From contig NC_057718.1 in assembly GCF_004010195.1 (NCBI RefSeq), forward strand, positions 40,523,273 through 40,561,321: a stretch of DNA of 38,049 nt, in the 5' to 3' direction. The notes under the pieces are model-generated. The model was not told the origin of the DNA. It was given only the letters and a program-made list of their open reading frames with translations, and made no database searches. Shown one piece after another: positions 1-12,870 of the stretch (position 1 is the first letter of the stretch; every line of letters begins with the position of its first letter). The stretch is from Chiloscyllium plagiosum (lineage: Eukaryota). Made by a program: the position numbers and the translations under genes.

Positions 1-157
1 TAAGATAGGCAGATTTTGAATCAGTAAGGGAATCAAGGATTATGAGGAGAAAACAGGAAAGTACAGTTGGAGATGATCAGATCTGCCATGACTTCATTGA
101 ATGGAGGAGCGACTTGATGGGCTGAATGGCCTAATTTTGATCCTACGTCTTATGGTC
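1..157 (+). mobile_element. CR1-clade LINE 3' end fragment
   Basis: Typical shark CR1 3' UTR (atctgccatgacttcattgaatggaggagc...gggctgaatggcctaattttgatcctacgtcttatggtc); runs off the window start. Confidence 0.7.
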
Positions 158-1585
158 CATGCTCCTCTCTGCATCCCCTAGAATCCCTTATGTTCCCTGT
201 GCCTCCCAATACTCCTGTCCCCACCCATCTGGCTCTTTACTGATCCTACAGCAACTCATTATAACCCATGCCACTCACACAAGCTCCTTGTCCCTTCCAA
301 CTACCATGATAACCCTACTATCTGCAATGGGCAAACCTCAGTTGGCATGATATGAAATTAAGTAATTTGTCTATTGATGATGTTATTATTTAAGGAAACG
401 CAATCCCTGATTATAAAGAAGACGTAATGCATTGACATTTCCTCAACTATGACGATAAGCATTTCTTTTTGAAGTTGTTTGACAGATTTGGTAGTTTTTT
501 TGACATCTTTGGCAATTCTTTCATTGGTTGATGGTTTTTCTGACAGTTTTGATTATTCCAATAGGTTCATGTAGCTTTTACATAAATGTGTGTATACTTC
601 TAACAATTCCAAAGTTCACTTGACCCTGCAAAGTGTATTTGACCTTGCCCTGCCCAAGGGCACCTGATATCCCTCATGAATCATGTGGAACCATATGCAA
701 AGAAGTACCTCTGCTCTCAAAGGTGTACTCTGATTGCTTAAAATAACGTCATTGTAACTGCCTTACTCCGATCTGGTCTGCTTTGTCAACTCTGGGTTTC
801 AACTAGAGGAGATGCCAAAATATGATTTAACTGAAGACAACAGATCAATTACATCCATCATTGGTGGATAGTGATCTTAGTGATCAAGCCTTCTACATTC
901 ATGTTTAGAAACCATGCATTGGTGATGCCTGAGCTATCACCAAAGACACCCCAATGAAAATCAGAATTGATGCATTTGAGGATGGGACTTTAGATTTTCA
1001 TTGTGATGGAGAGGGGCTTACTTATGCTGAAAATGTGGTTGTTTGCTCTTGAGCAATTTTCTGTTAAATTGTAACATATCCTTTTATAACATGCACTAGA
1101 ACTTGCTGGCAGCAATGCTTATTTGGTTGTTAACATCACAGCCCTTATGCACTTTTCCTGTTCTGCACCATTTTAATTGATGGATTTATTACTGTTTTGC
1201 AGATGTTCGTTCATACATGCATATCCTAACTAAAAGACTGAAGTTGTTTTCTGATGATATCTCATGTACTTCTGCTGTATTTTGATTTGATTTTGCAGAT
1301 GGTCCATCTCCCCTTAGGTCAGCCAACACATTCCAGCTGGATTGGTGCCTGAGGGACACTAAAGTTGTATGAGATGGGGCTTTCAACTGGAGTTCACTGG
1401 GTTATAGGACCGTTTCCTGTCAGGATTGCAAAGCAAGCTTTCAGCTTCCAGGTTGTCAACTTCTACACTTTTGCTGCTGTGCAAGATTTTGCTGCTTGTG
1501 TTTCTTCTTCTGGGAGTCATTCTTAGTTCTTTCCTTTTGAGGGAAGAAGACTTTGATGAGGAGAAGACACAGCCTCAGTAATCAC

Positions 1586-2150
1586 CAGAGAACATCTCCG
1601 GGACACCCGCATCAACCAACTCCACTGCCCCATGGCCAAACACTTCAGCTCCCCCTCCCACTCCACCAAGGACATGCAGGATATGGGCCTCCTCTATTGA
1701 CAAACCCTAACCACCCAACGCCTGGAGGAAGAACGCCTTATCTTCTGCCTTAGGACCCTCCAACCACATGAGATGAATGTGGATTTCACCAGTTTCCTCA
1801 TTTCCCCTCCCCCACCTTATCCCAAATCCAACCTTGCAACTCAGCACCACCCTCATGACCTGTCCACCTGTCCATCTTCCTTCCCACCGATCTGGTCCAA
1901 CCTCCCCTCCAACCTATTACCATTACTCCCACCTTTATCCACCTATCGCACCCTCAGCTACCTTCCCCCCAGCCCCACTCCATCCCATTTATCTCTCCAA
2001 CCCCTTGGCTTACAAGCCTCATTCCTGACGTAGGGCTTTTGCCCGAAACGTCGATTCTCCTGCTCCTCAGATGCTGCTGACTTGCTGTGTTTTCCCAGCA
2101 CCACACTCTCGACTGTGACTTCCAGCATCTGCAGTCCTCATTTTCTCCTC
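1586..2150 (+). mobile_element. Penelope-like element 3' fragment (GIY-YIG C-terminus, C-rich UTR, pLTR family A)
   Basis: Translates REHLRDTRINQLHCPMAKHFSSPSHSTKDMQDMGLLY*QTLTTQRLEEERLIFCLRTLQPHEMNVDF, a PLE GIY-YIG C-terminal pattern. Diverged 15-bp TSD cctcagtaatcacca (1573-1587) / cctcattaaccacca (2147-2161). Confidence 0.85.
2021..2056 (+). ncRNA. Degenerate minimal hammerhead ribozyme (PLE family A)
   Basis: attc-CTGACGt-a-GGGC-tttt-GCCC-GAAAC-GTC-gatt; conserved A9 of CUGANGA is T at 2031. Confidence 0.55.
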
Positions 2151-3289
2151 ATTAACCACCATTGTTGAGACAACATCAATTACTGGGTGTCTCAGAAGAG
2201 ATTAGCTAAGGAGGTGCTGTCAGTTGGGTCTGCAGGCCGAACTGAGAGGCAATGCAGAAGATGGCTATGCTTGTTTCAGAAACCTATTGCAGACCCATGT
2301 AACCTTCTGATAATAGGCTGCCTGTTGCTGGGACAAGGGTTGAATCGCAGCACTTCAAGAAGATGGGTCACCATCATCTTCTCACGAGTAATAAGAGTAG
2401 ATGATACACACCACAAATGTTCACACACCATGAAAGATTAAGAAGAAATCTAAAATATAAGAAAAGCTCTTACACTTTTTCTTCATGTTGTTTGTTAGCC
2501 ATTTTGGCACGTCTGTTCTTTATCATATTCTTACTACATTATCTATGAACCTCATTTCTTTCATTGTTGCCATAATTTTGCCACATGCCTCAAGTTTTTC
2601 GCCTTGTTATTGATCAGCAGACCTCTGTTTGCTTCATTAGAATACAGTGATGTTGTATCCAATCCATCTTGCACTCAAAGATTTCCCACTGTCAGACCTT
2701 GTCCTTCCTGTTCAGTATCAATATATTTGACTCTTTGTGATTCTTTTCTCCTTGTGTGTAGAATTTAACTGTGTTATAAAGTTGAATTTTACCAGATATC
2801 AGGCCAGATTTGGCTGGTTTCTTGGAGGACTCTCTCCATGAGCTGAAACAGGCTGTGTGCTGCTGTCTTCCCAATCTTGCCTCATTACCTATGCATCATG
2901 TCCCTGTGGCATACGGCTCATTGGTCTCCCCCTCACCACAGACAAAAGTACTGGTCACTGCCAGGACCTCGTGTGTTTCCTGGCACCAGTGCCATCTTTA
3001 AAGTACTGCCATGCACCCAGTCAAGTGCTGCCATTGTTCCTTCAATTGCCTGGACCTGATGAGCAGAGGGAGATTGACTCCCTGCTTTGCTACTGGGCAC
3101 TTAGAAATGTCAATGATTGATGGAGGCCAGGAAAAGCAAGCAGCAAGCTGTGGCTTTCACCCTGGGGAATTGTCACCATCGAGTTTTTATGCAGAGGATG
3201 GGAGAAAGGGAAACTGCAAATCAATGAAGTGAGCTGATGTAAAAATGAGAATGTTAATGTACACTAGTGCATGCAAACACACCTCCTGC

Positions 3290-3685
3290 CTTGGAAGTAT
3301 TTGTTAATTGTTAAAAGTACTGCATTGGCTGATGTGGTCCTTATTTTCAGTGCTCATATTTGGCCAGTGGAACAGTTCTGTTGCCTTCCTCAGATCAGAG
3401 TCCATTCCTTACTGGTTTATGTGGGTGTGCAACAACATCCCTTTGAACATCACCTTTGGGGTCCTTCCTCTTTCTCCTTTGTACAAGATGCCATCTCAAT
3501 ATCACTTCATTTCGATGTGCTTAATACGCTGTTGTTGCAGCAGGTGTGGCCCTGTTCCTTTGTGGCCATCCTTTCATCATGATTTCTTGCAGTACTTGTC
3601 TAGTTTGCTTGATTTGAGCAAGATGTTTGATTTTCAGATTCTGCAGGTTTGTGACTTTCAGAGCATGATAAACTATTGCTTCTCA
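3290..3685 (-). mobile_element. Ty3/Gypsy pol relic (integrase zinc-binding region)
   Basis: Minus strand: LQEIMMKGWPQRNRATPAATTAY*AHRNEVIL, frameshift, DGILYKGERGRTPKVMFKGMLLHTHINQ*GMDSDLRKATELFHWPNMSTENKDHISQCSTFN. Matches the Gypsy GWP...DGILYKG.R...H...WP.M...C pattern. No LTRs recognised. Confidence 0.75.
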
Positions 3686-3689
3686 TTGT

Positions 3690-5270
3690 ATCAAGCAGAT
3701 TTCACACCCTGTCTCAGCATTGTCCCCTGTCTTGGTGGTGAATTCCAAGTACTCACAAGCCTGTGGTTGAAAAACATTTTCAACTCCCCTCTAAACCTCC
3801 TGCACCTTAAAACTGTGCCCCTTGATATAGACTCCTCTAATAATGAGCAAGGTTTCTCCCCATTTACCCTGTCTGTGCTCCTCATAAATTTGTGCGCTGC
3901 AATCAGATCCTCCTCAGCCCTCTCTGCTTTAAGGAAACCAACACCAGTCTATCGTGTTTTTTTTCATAACTGAATTGCTCCGAATAAACAGCATCCCGGT
4001 TAGTCCTCTCTACACCCTCTCAAGTGTGAACGCATTCTTCCCATAATGTGGTAACCAGAACTGCACACAGTATTCCCACTGTGGCTTAAGTAACATTACA
4101 TTCAGCTCAGTCATAACCTCATTGCTCCTGCATTCAATGTCTTAACTATTTTATCTATTTGTCTTGCTGTCTTCATGGATCTATGGACATGTACACCAAG
4201 GTCCCGCTGATCCTTTGTACTTCCTGGAATCCTACCATTCAACAGGTACTTCCTTGGCTTGTTAGTCCTCCCAAAATGTATTATTACATACTTTGCAGGA
4301 TTAAATTCCATTTGTCACTGTAGAGCCCACCTGACCAGCCTACCCATATTGCCCTGTAGTCTAAAACTTATCTCTTTGTTATTTACCTCAACACCATTCA
4401 TTGTGTTAAATGTGAACTTAGTGATCATGCCTTCTCCATTCATGTTTAGACTATTGATATACACATCAAATAGCAAAGAACCCAGCACTGAACCTTATAA
4501 TATCTCACTGGATATGAATTTCCAGGTACAAACATACCCTTTGACCACAACTCTGCTTCCTGCCACTAAGTCAATTTTGCCAAATTGCCATGGATCCCAT
4601 GAGCTCTTAAGTTTCCTAACCAGTCTGCCACATGAGACATTGTCAAAAGCTTGACTGAAGTGTGTGTAGACTACATCAACTGCATTACCCTCATTTATAT
4701 ACCTAGTCACCTCCTTGAAAAATGTCATTAAATACATAGACATGGTGCCCCCATCCCCCAACAAAGCCATGCTGACTATCCTTGATTAATCTATGCCTCT
4801 CCAACTGGAGATTAATTGTGTCCCTCAGAACTTTTTACAGTAGTTTCCCACTCTGATTTCCCTGCCATTGATGTTCGACTCCCTCCTTTTGATTTGAAAA
4901 CAGAGCCCTAGCAATCTCCTCCGTTGCCTGTCACTGGAGGTTACATCTCATCTATTTTTAAACCTACTAAAACCACTAATACCTGCTCCCCCTCAATATT
5001 AATTTGTTCAATGATCACAGACCCCTCTTCCTGATTTCTATGCCTACATTGCATTTATATTCACAATAGAAAAGGACAAAGTATTCATTTAGAACCTTAG
5101 CTGTGTCTTCTGACTCCACACATAGATTGGCTCTTAGGCCTTTAATGAGCAGTAACTTTCCCCCAGTTATCATTTTGTCCTTAACACACTAAAAAAACTA
5201 TGGATTTTCCTTATTGTTATCTGCCAGTGGTTTTATTCATGTCCCCTCTTTACTCTACTAATTTCTTCAA
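3690..5270 (-). mobile_element. Degraded CR1 LINE ORF2 (RT)
   Basis: Minus-strand peptides NAVDVVYTHFSQAFDNVSCGRL, MEFNPAKYVIIHFGRTN...RDLGVHVHRSMK and FFNHRLVSTWNSPP. Confidence 0.85.
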
Positions 5271-7464
5271 AATGGCTGAAATACACCTGTACACGTATGT
5301 CTTAATCTTATGCCCACTTTGTTATGTGGAGCTCAAATCCAGACTCTTGACCACCTCAGGTAGCAGCAGAAATCAATCCCACTAGTGACTGTGCTGCACA
5401 AGCTAACTGTTGGTACTTGAAAACTTTCACCACAGTTGCCAAATAGATTCAAGTTCCCATTGCCTGTACATGGTACAGGAGCTGCTCACTTCAAAGCCTT
5501 GACCATTGAACATCATGCAGTGCTAAGGATGATTAGGCTGCGTACCCTAATTTTTGTAGTTGTTGATACAGACATTTGCTCCCCACACCTCATGCTTAAT
5601 AGTGAGCACATATTTGCAAGGAACATATTTACATTGAAGAGTCACCTGTCTATGCACCTTTAGAAGGTTTTCGCATCCCTTTCACTTTGTCTTGGTACAG
5701 TCCCAAGCTTTACAGCTGGGTTGGAGAGACCCTGTCCTATAATGAGTCCACTTACATTGGTGTTTTAGTCAGGTGACTCCTGGGACACTTCTGCCTAGAT
5801 GGGCAGACATGCTGTCATTGTCCTGGCCAGAGGCAATGTCTCACCCTGCCAGTTGGAACTTCAAAAGGGTTGAGATGGAAGGCAGGGTGGAGGAGAAGGC
5901 ACAACTACCTCTGGAGTGTCCTAAGAGGAGACATCTGGGAAGCCTGTCAATGACTCCTTCTTTGCTGGGCACCAGCTGACACCACTCTGTCTGAGGAAGG
6001 GGCACCTGGAACAACTCAAGGTTTCTTGTCTGCAGTCCCCAGGCCATAGGGTGATGAGTGGGGAGAAACCCTTCATGAATTCACCAAAATTGACACTTAG
6101 CCAATATCTGGTAAGCATCAGCCCTGTGAGAGCATGATAATTTCCTCTCATCAGTTATACTATGTACCAAACAGTGCGGATGAATGATAGCACTTGTATA
6201 ATGACATTTAACTGTTCTGTTTGGGCACAGGCAACAATTTAATGCCCAGTAAATCTTTATTTTCCAGACTGTGTATTGTTTAGAGGTTGAAAACCTGACT
6301 ACAAGCATGCTGCAAAAATATAAAAGGCAAGAAAAAAGTAAAAGAATTGAAAATTTTCATTGTGGAACAATTGCCATTTAGCGTCTGGTCTTAGAAGATT
6401 TAATAAGAGAATTATTTTTAAGGAAAAGGGTGATGCAATTCTTATATTCATCTTGAAATTTTATTTATCTTCAAGTTACAACTTACAAAGAAGAAACATG
6501 TTACAAAACATTCTGGCACTGCAGATATCATAGAAATTCAAGTGGCCTTTCAGAATAGCTTATTCATAGAATTGGTTGGCTTAAGTACTGCAATGTGGAA
6601 ACAATACTTGTTTGAATGATAGTGTGCACATAATAGTTCACACACTGTCAATGAAATAGTCAGATTTTAGAAACAATGGAGGGTGTCAAAAATAATTTTG
6701 ACAGTGATAAATACTAATTCTGCTTAGAGCTAGGTAGTAGACAAAAGTGAAAAGTTGACTTCTAGTTTTTTACACAAAAGTATCATCTGCAGTTTTTAGC
6801 TCTTTTTGTGTCTTTTTTCCTATGTAAATGGCTGACGTGCACTCAGCTGCCAGCTGATCCTGCAGAATCAAAGAGAAGATTCTGGCAGTCTCAACTTTAT
6901 TTTACCACATCAAGAACATTCCATGGATGCTCCCTGGAAGGTTACAATCACTTCAATCCAGCATGATACAAAAAATGTTGGCATTTGTCAACACTTTCTT
7001 TAGAATCTTCACCTGGAATCCTTTTATTCTTTTTAATGTAAAACATCTGACTCAAAAAAAAGTCTTAATTGGCATCTATTGACTTTGAGAACAAATCGTG
7101 TGTATGGCAGCAGTGGCATTCATTTATTTTTTACTTAACCCATTTGTATCTCAACCGACTGATCAAGGCTGTTGCTTTTATTGGGATGGCTTCTGATGCT
7201 TGTTTATGTTTTCAGATACAGTGCCAATTCCATTCTTGCTTACTTCCTTAAATGCACAGTCTATGCTCCCTTCTGGAGCCACCTTTGCATTTTCTAAAGT
7301 TCACAAATTCTTTATAGTTACCGAGAATGATGTCTGCAGCCACAATCCACCAATTTGTTCAGTGGGATTACTCTCTGAAGATTTGGCTTAAGATTGGCTG
7401 AGAAATAGAAATACCTCTTTTTGTTTGATCTTTAATATTAATTATGATGTAGAGCAGAATGGTA

Positions 7465-7625
7465 AAACCATAGAATGGTACAACACAAAAGGAGACTAGT
7501 TGTTTCACCATGCCAACTTGTTTGTAGATATAAAGAAATAATCCCACCCCACTCTACTTCTCTACTCTTTCCCCATATCCTATATCAAATCTTTCCCCTT
7601 CAGTTATGCATCTAATTCCCTTTTC
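7465..7625 (-). mobile_element. Old CR1 3' tail remnant
   Basis: aaccatagaatggtacaacacaaaaggag...tttccccatatcc...atctaattcccttt resembles the reverse complement of CR1 3' ends. Confidence 0.45.
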
Positions 7626-8229
7626 GTTAAGAGAAATACATTGCAACATTGTATAAATCGGTAATGAGTTAAAGTGGCATTAACATTGTGGTATGGTTCT
7701 GTTTTTGACCAAATACAAGTAAAGATAAATACTAAGAAAATACTAGAAGAGTACTTAAAAGATATAAACTCCTAAAAAAGACTAGCTATTATTTCCATAC
7801 TGATACAGAGAATACTAATGTGGAAGATTTCTGCTCCATGTTCACTATTTTAAAGTGTATATAAACAAACAATTTAATCATCATTGTTGTGAATAAATTA
7901 GGAACTGAAGAAGTGAAATATTACTGTGTTCATTTTGTACAGAATCTGGTAATTTATGAATGGCACAGTGCCAGGTCTAGTTTTGCTTTGTTGCACCCTC
8001 AATCCTCGATGGAATGAGATAATTCTATCTACAAAGTTAATGTTATTTTGGTGGTAACTAGACTTAAGTAGTGAAATTGCTTTCAGAGTAAAGCATTAGG
8101 CCAGAGGGAAATAAATAGTAATGGAAAACAACTTTGGACGTGTTCCCAATCTGAATAACATTGCTGTAGGGACTGAAGCAAATGTGAATACTAATATGTG
8201 CTCAGCTTCATCATTTACTTTTCCTTTTG

Positions 8230-9340
8230 TCGCACAGCTGAGGAAGCGGTTCTAATCTGATGTCAAAGTTAACAATCCATTCGATAGTTTTAGATGATAA
8301 TGTGTGAATCGCGGTGATTCCTCCAGGACAGAAGCTTAGGATGTGGCCAATGTTCTGACTTCAATGGCCACAACTGAGATTTGAGGTGTTTCTCACATTC
8401 CACTCTCACCCCATCCTCAAGTGTTTGAAGATTGTCCATATTTTCCATGGATGGATGAAACTTAGGACTTCATCAAATGAGTAACCAGATCGGGCTCGAT
8501 GTTTCCACTTCACCAGGAGATGTGCCATTGAGATGTGGGATGGTCCTCAGTTTACAGGTGTGGAGTGTGTTCCTGTATGGACTACCGCATTTCAGACAGG
8601 TGCCAGTGGCATTCCTTTGTGAAAGATGATTTCTCTGCAGACATCAGGATGGTCTCAACATCCCAGCAATAATTCTCATGACTTCCCGGTGGTGACCATC
8701 CACCACATCTGTGTGTTGCCTCACAAACCATGCTGAGCAATGGCATTACTCTTGGTTAGACAAGGTCAAGAGAAGCAATGTGTAGTGTTTTGGCTCAGGC
8801 GGCAGTCACCAGTTTCTGGATGAGATACACTATCATCTTAACCTTGGTTCTGGTGTCCTGAAAGTGTAGCAAGCAGACAACTATATGGGCAAGAGTAATG
8901 CCAAGATATCCTTCTGTTTGGTGGACAAGTCATCAATCATAGTACTGGGCACAAAGGTCTTCCCAGGCTTTTGAGTTGTTCAAATGAGAAGGTGAAATAG
9001 TGATGTTGGCAGAGCTTGTTCAAAGTGTCCTTTCTCTAGATCTTCAGGAAGAGTTTTCTCCGTACTCTGTTGTATGTTAGTCTGGAAAGCCATGGCCAAG
9101 TTGTCGGGGTATGTGATGAGTTTTATCGGAGTTTTATCTTCAATTGGCATATCTGCTGAAGCGAGACTGTCTGTGACCTACTTCCTGTGGAAACCCACTG
9201 CTGATTATATGTGGGCAGCTGATTTAGTCTCCAAGGTACACATGGAACTGCTGGTCGCTGATCATGAAGCTGATTATTTGTCGGGTTTTCATACTGCATA
9301 GAATCTTGGAAAGCTTCAGCAATGTGTCTTTTTTCAACAC
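8230..9340 (-). mobile_element. Vingi/Ingi-like non-LTR retrotransposon, degraded 3' part
   Basis: Minus strand: LKLSKIL...FHVYLGD...SGFPQ (RT), LITYPDNLAMA (decayed YADD), YLGITL...LIQKL, and C-terminus WKIWTIFKHLRMG*...SCGH*SQNIGHILSFCPGGITAIHTLSSKTIEWIVNFDIRL (decayed zinc knuckle plus Vingi-type terminus). Confidence 0.7.
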
Positions 9341-9558
9341 AGTGCCATATTCAAAGGGAGTAATATGGCAAATTTCTCCTTTTAAAATAGTTCTCCAGCC
9401 TGAAAATCTGCAAACTAAAGCTGTCAAGAATGAGGAAACCCCATTTAGAACGTTTTCTCGAGGGGGCAACAAAACCAAGAGACAGGACCAGCAACAAGAA
9501 TATACAACTTCAACATTGAAGGCCTATCCTGTGCAAAGCATGAGTTACTCATAAAAGA

Positions 9559-9604
9559 ACTCACAGACAATGTGACAGACTCACAGACAATGTGACAGAC
9601 TCAC
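9559..9604. repeat. 20-bp tandem duplication
   Basis: actcacagacaatgtgacag x2.3, perfect. Confidence 0.9.
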
Positions 9605-9865
9605 CCTGCACAAAACACATCTTGCGGACCCCTGCATAATTTTTGGGTACCACTCTTTGCAAGCAAAAATAAAATGATTCACTGCCTAGCCACTTATACC
9701 AAGGAAAGCCTAACCAAAAATTGCAAGATACCTGAAAATCCACTAATTTAGGGGCTAACTGAGACATTCAGTTACTCCACATTGCCATCACAATGAATAC
9801 ACATTGCAAGGACTGAAGTAATCTTAAAACATTAGGCTTCAGGGACCAAAATTGTTAATTGTAAA

Positions 9866-10127
9866 ATTAGATTAGATTAGATTAGATTAGATTAGATTAC
9901 AGTGTTGAAACAGGCCCTTCGGCCCAACAAGTCCACACCGACCCGCCGAAGCGAAACCCACCCATACCCCTACATTTACCCCTTACCTAACACTACGGGC
10001 AATTTAGTATGGCCAATTCACCTGACCCTGCACATCTTTTTGGATGGTGGGAGGAAACCGGAGCACCCGGAGGAAACCCACGCAGACACGGGGAGAACGT
10101 GCAAACTCCACACAGTCAGTCGCCTGA
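9866..10127 (-). mobile_element. HE1 SINE (V-SINE), 5'-truncated
   Basis: (ATTAG)n tail 9866-9899, then near-identical reverse complement of the HE1 at 36803-37122; lacks the tRNA head. Confidence 0.92.
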
Positions 10128-11294
10128 TAAAAATGTTCTTTTCATTTGGGAGGCAAATGGTTCATGTCACACACCATTGGGAGTCTTGTTGCTCTGCATT
10201 TCTATCAGACACAGATTGCATAAATAGATTGAAGCAATTTTGAACTTTGTTTGGGAGGACAGACAGAACTGTGCCATCTCTTTAACAAAGACCTCTGCAT
10301 GATATATAACATCCATAGAGAACTGTCAGATAAGAATGGTTCCTTCCAAACTAACACTGGCACATGTTCTGGGCTAAAAGATGAGCTTCTTAAAGGGCAG
10401 CATGTCTCAAACTGAGTTGTAAATTTAGGCCAAAAGCAATCAGCATCCAATATTCTGCTTAGCTTGGCAAACGTGGGTAAGCATAAATTCTAACCACAGT
10501 TTCAGTCACACTCACAAGAAAACTGAGCTAAGTCCAATGGATTGATTTATAGCTATGTACTTAGTTAAAACTATGCACTTTAGCCCAGACTTTAACTGTT
10601 GAGCATGAGGCTGGCTAATGAGCGTCAGACTTGGCCAAATTTCAAATGTGGAGGCCTGACCATTTTAACTCCTGTATCACACTTCAATAAGTTAGCTCTG
10701 ACTCCCACACAAACCTGTTGATGACGATGTAGTGTCACAGGGTGACAGCAGTTGGATACAACCAGAGGTAGCTGCTCGTGTTTGGCCAGAATTGTCCCCT
10801 GCTAAATAAGTCTGAAAGAAGGCTGGTTTGAAGACAATGGTGGGGATGTGGATTATCTGGAGTAGGGTACATCCTGAGGTTCAATGCTAACATCCTAAAA
10901 TAGGGAGGGATTAAAGGAGAGTGAGATTAATGATGAAAGAAACCTGGCAAATGCAACAGCAATCTGCTCACTTTGAGATTTAACCAAGGAGATATTGGAT
11001 GTGTGCAATCTTCCTTGCTTTTAGCAAGGCAGGTCCTTCATTACACTATTTGATGAGGCTTTGTGCCTCTAATTTATCCAGAAAATAAATTCTCGTAGTC
11101 TTGAGGGACACTAGGATGGGTGAATCCATGCACTAAGTTCCAACTTGGCCAGGACGAGTAGGCTTGCTTTCTCTTCAACCAGCTTCCCTCCTGTGATTAG
11201 ACACCCTCAGTTACATCCCTGCACTCACCATTGAATCCACTCAGATCCTAAAAGATTGGGCCTACCACCTGACAATTGGAACTGTCCAGTGGCT

Positions 11295-11730
11295 GGGTCA
11301 GAGGCTAGGAACTTGGCAGCGAGTAACTCACTTCTTGACTCCTAAAGGCCTCTCCACCTTCTACAAGGCACAAGTCAGGAGTGTGACGAAATACTGCCCA
11401 CTTGCATGAATGGGTACAGAGCCAACAAAACTCTAAGAAGCTTGATGCCATTGAGGCCAAGCTGATGCACAGCTGATACACAGGAACACCACCACTGACA
11501 AATTCCCCTTCAGACCAGTCTTGATCCTAACTTGGAAATATATCGCTGTTCCTTCAGCGTTGCTGGGTCAAAATCCTGGAACTGCCTTCCGACAGTAGTG
11601 TGGGTGCACCTAACCATCATGGACTTCAATGGTGCAAGAAGGCTACTCACCACCACCTTCTTATGGGCAATGAGGGATGGGCAATAAAAGTTGGCCTCAC
11701 CAGTGTCATTCCACGAAAGGATAAAGAAAA
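11295..11730 (+). mobile_element. L2/Crack-like LINE 3' fragment
   Basis: Encodes LSTFYKAQVRSVTKYCPLA; 3' end caccaccttc...gggcaatgagggatgggcaataaa is shared with 19255-19410 and 24995-26025. Confidence 0.7.
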
Positions 11731-12801
11731 ACTATTCACTGCTCCACTGTTCCCACTGACTAAAACGTACCTATTAAATGCGTGTTTGGAATACATCTGA
11801 TTAATTACAGATTACCGTGATTTCAACTCTGACCCTCCCTTCCCACAAACCCAGGGATAAAATCGGTCTATCTGAGTAAGCTCCTCTGATTTGGAAATAT
11901 GAATTAGGGCGCGACAGTCAAATTGTTTTGAGATCCCAGGAACATTATTACATTAGAATGCTCGGTTTATTTAATACTTAGACTTAGGATCAAACGTTTG
12001 AAAGAGAGAAAAAAAAACAAATTGAGGAAAAAAGTCTTTGTGAGTTCTTGCCAGATTGTATTGCCTTTTTCTTTTGCCCAAGGGAGTTGGAAACAGTGAA
12101 CCTTTCTCTTCAGAAAGAAAAATAATTCACTTGACCTTCTAATGCAAGACCTGGGATGACCTCTTTCCTCTTGTCCTCAGCTGTAAACAGTGACTTGGAA
12201 TAAAATCTCTGTTCTCTAGGGTCTGAACTGGAAACTCAGTTCAGTTGCAGTGATGGCTTAATTTCCCTTTGTCATCCCTACATCTAACTGCCTTCCTAAG
12301 ACCAAAGAACCCGATTCTGAGTCAGCAAATGACACTTGGATGACACCTAGAAGGTGTCCTGTAACTAAAGACTTTGAGGAAGGGCAGGAAAAGACAGAGC
12401 TCACAAAGGAAATGATATCAATTGGCCAGCATAGCATTGAGAAGTATCGTTCAGTGAAACAATAGAGACGAGGAATTTGACCTCCTTGTGTGGGAGCTCA
12501 CTAAAACGTGCAAATAATCCCAAACTGAAAGATTCTATTTTTGGGCAAGAGCAAAGTGTTGGGAAATCTGAAAGAAAAAATGCGCTGGAAATTCTCAGTA
12601 GGTCTGACAGCAACAAATTGAACAGGCTGAATTCTGGAGATTTGTTTATAGGAGACAGGAGGACTGGCAACATGGTGGAGTCAGACATCAAGAAGGGAGC
12701 CATTTTCCAGTGTTGACCATGAAAGGTATGATGAAGGACCAGTCACCCACACCTTCCCAGAGCAATTTGCTCATGAGACAGGGACCATTCATACTGTCCT
12801 T

Positions 12802-12870
12802 CAGTCATACAGCATGGAAACAGACCCTTCTGACCATCTCATCTGCAATAACTGGATGCCCTAAATTGAT
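12802..12870 (-). mobile_element. CR1/HER1 3' tail fragment
   Basis: cagtcatacagcatggaaacagacccttc is the reverse complement of the CR1 tail at ~14025-14060. Confidence 0.55.

Noticed and set aside
3308..3973. 221-aa + strand ORF as a host gene
   Set aside because: Antisense to Gypsy and CR1 relics; no recognisable domain.
9902..10243. ORFs with WEETGAPGGNPRRHGENVQTPH (also 36748-37095)
   Set aside because: Antisense translations of the HE1 SINE, recurring only because the SINE recurs.
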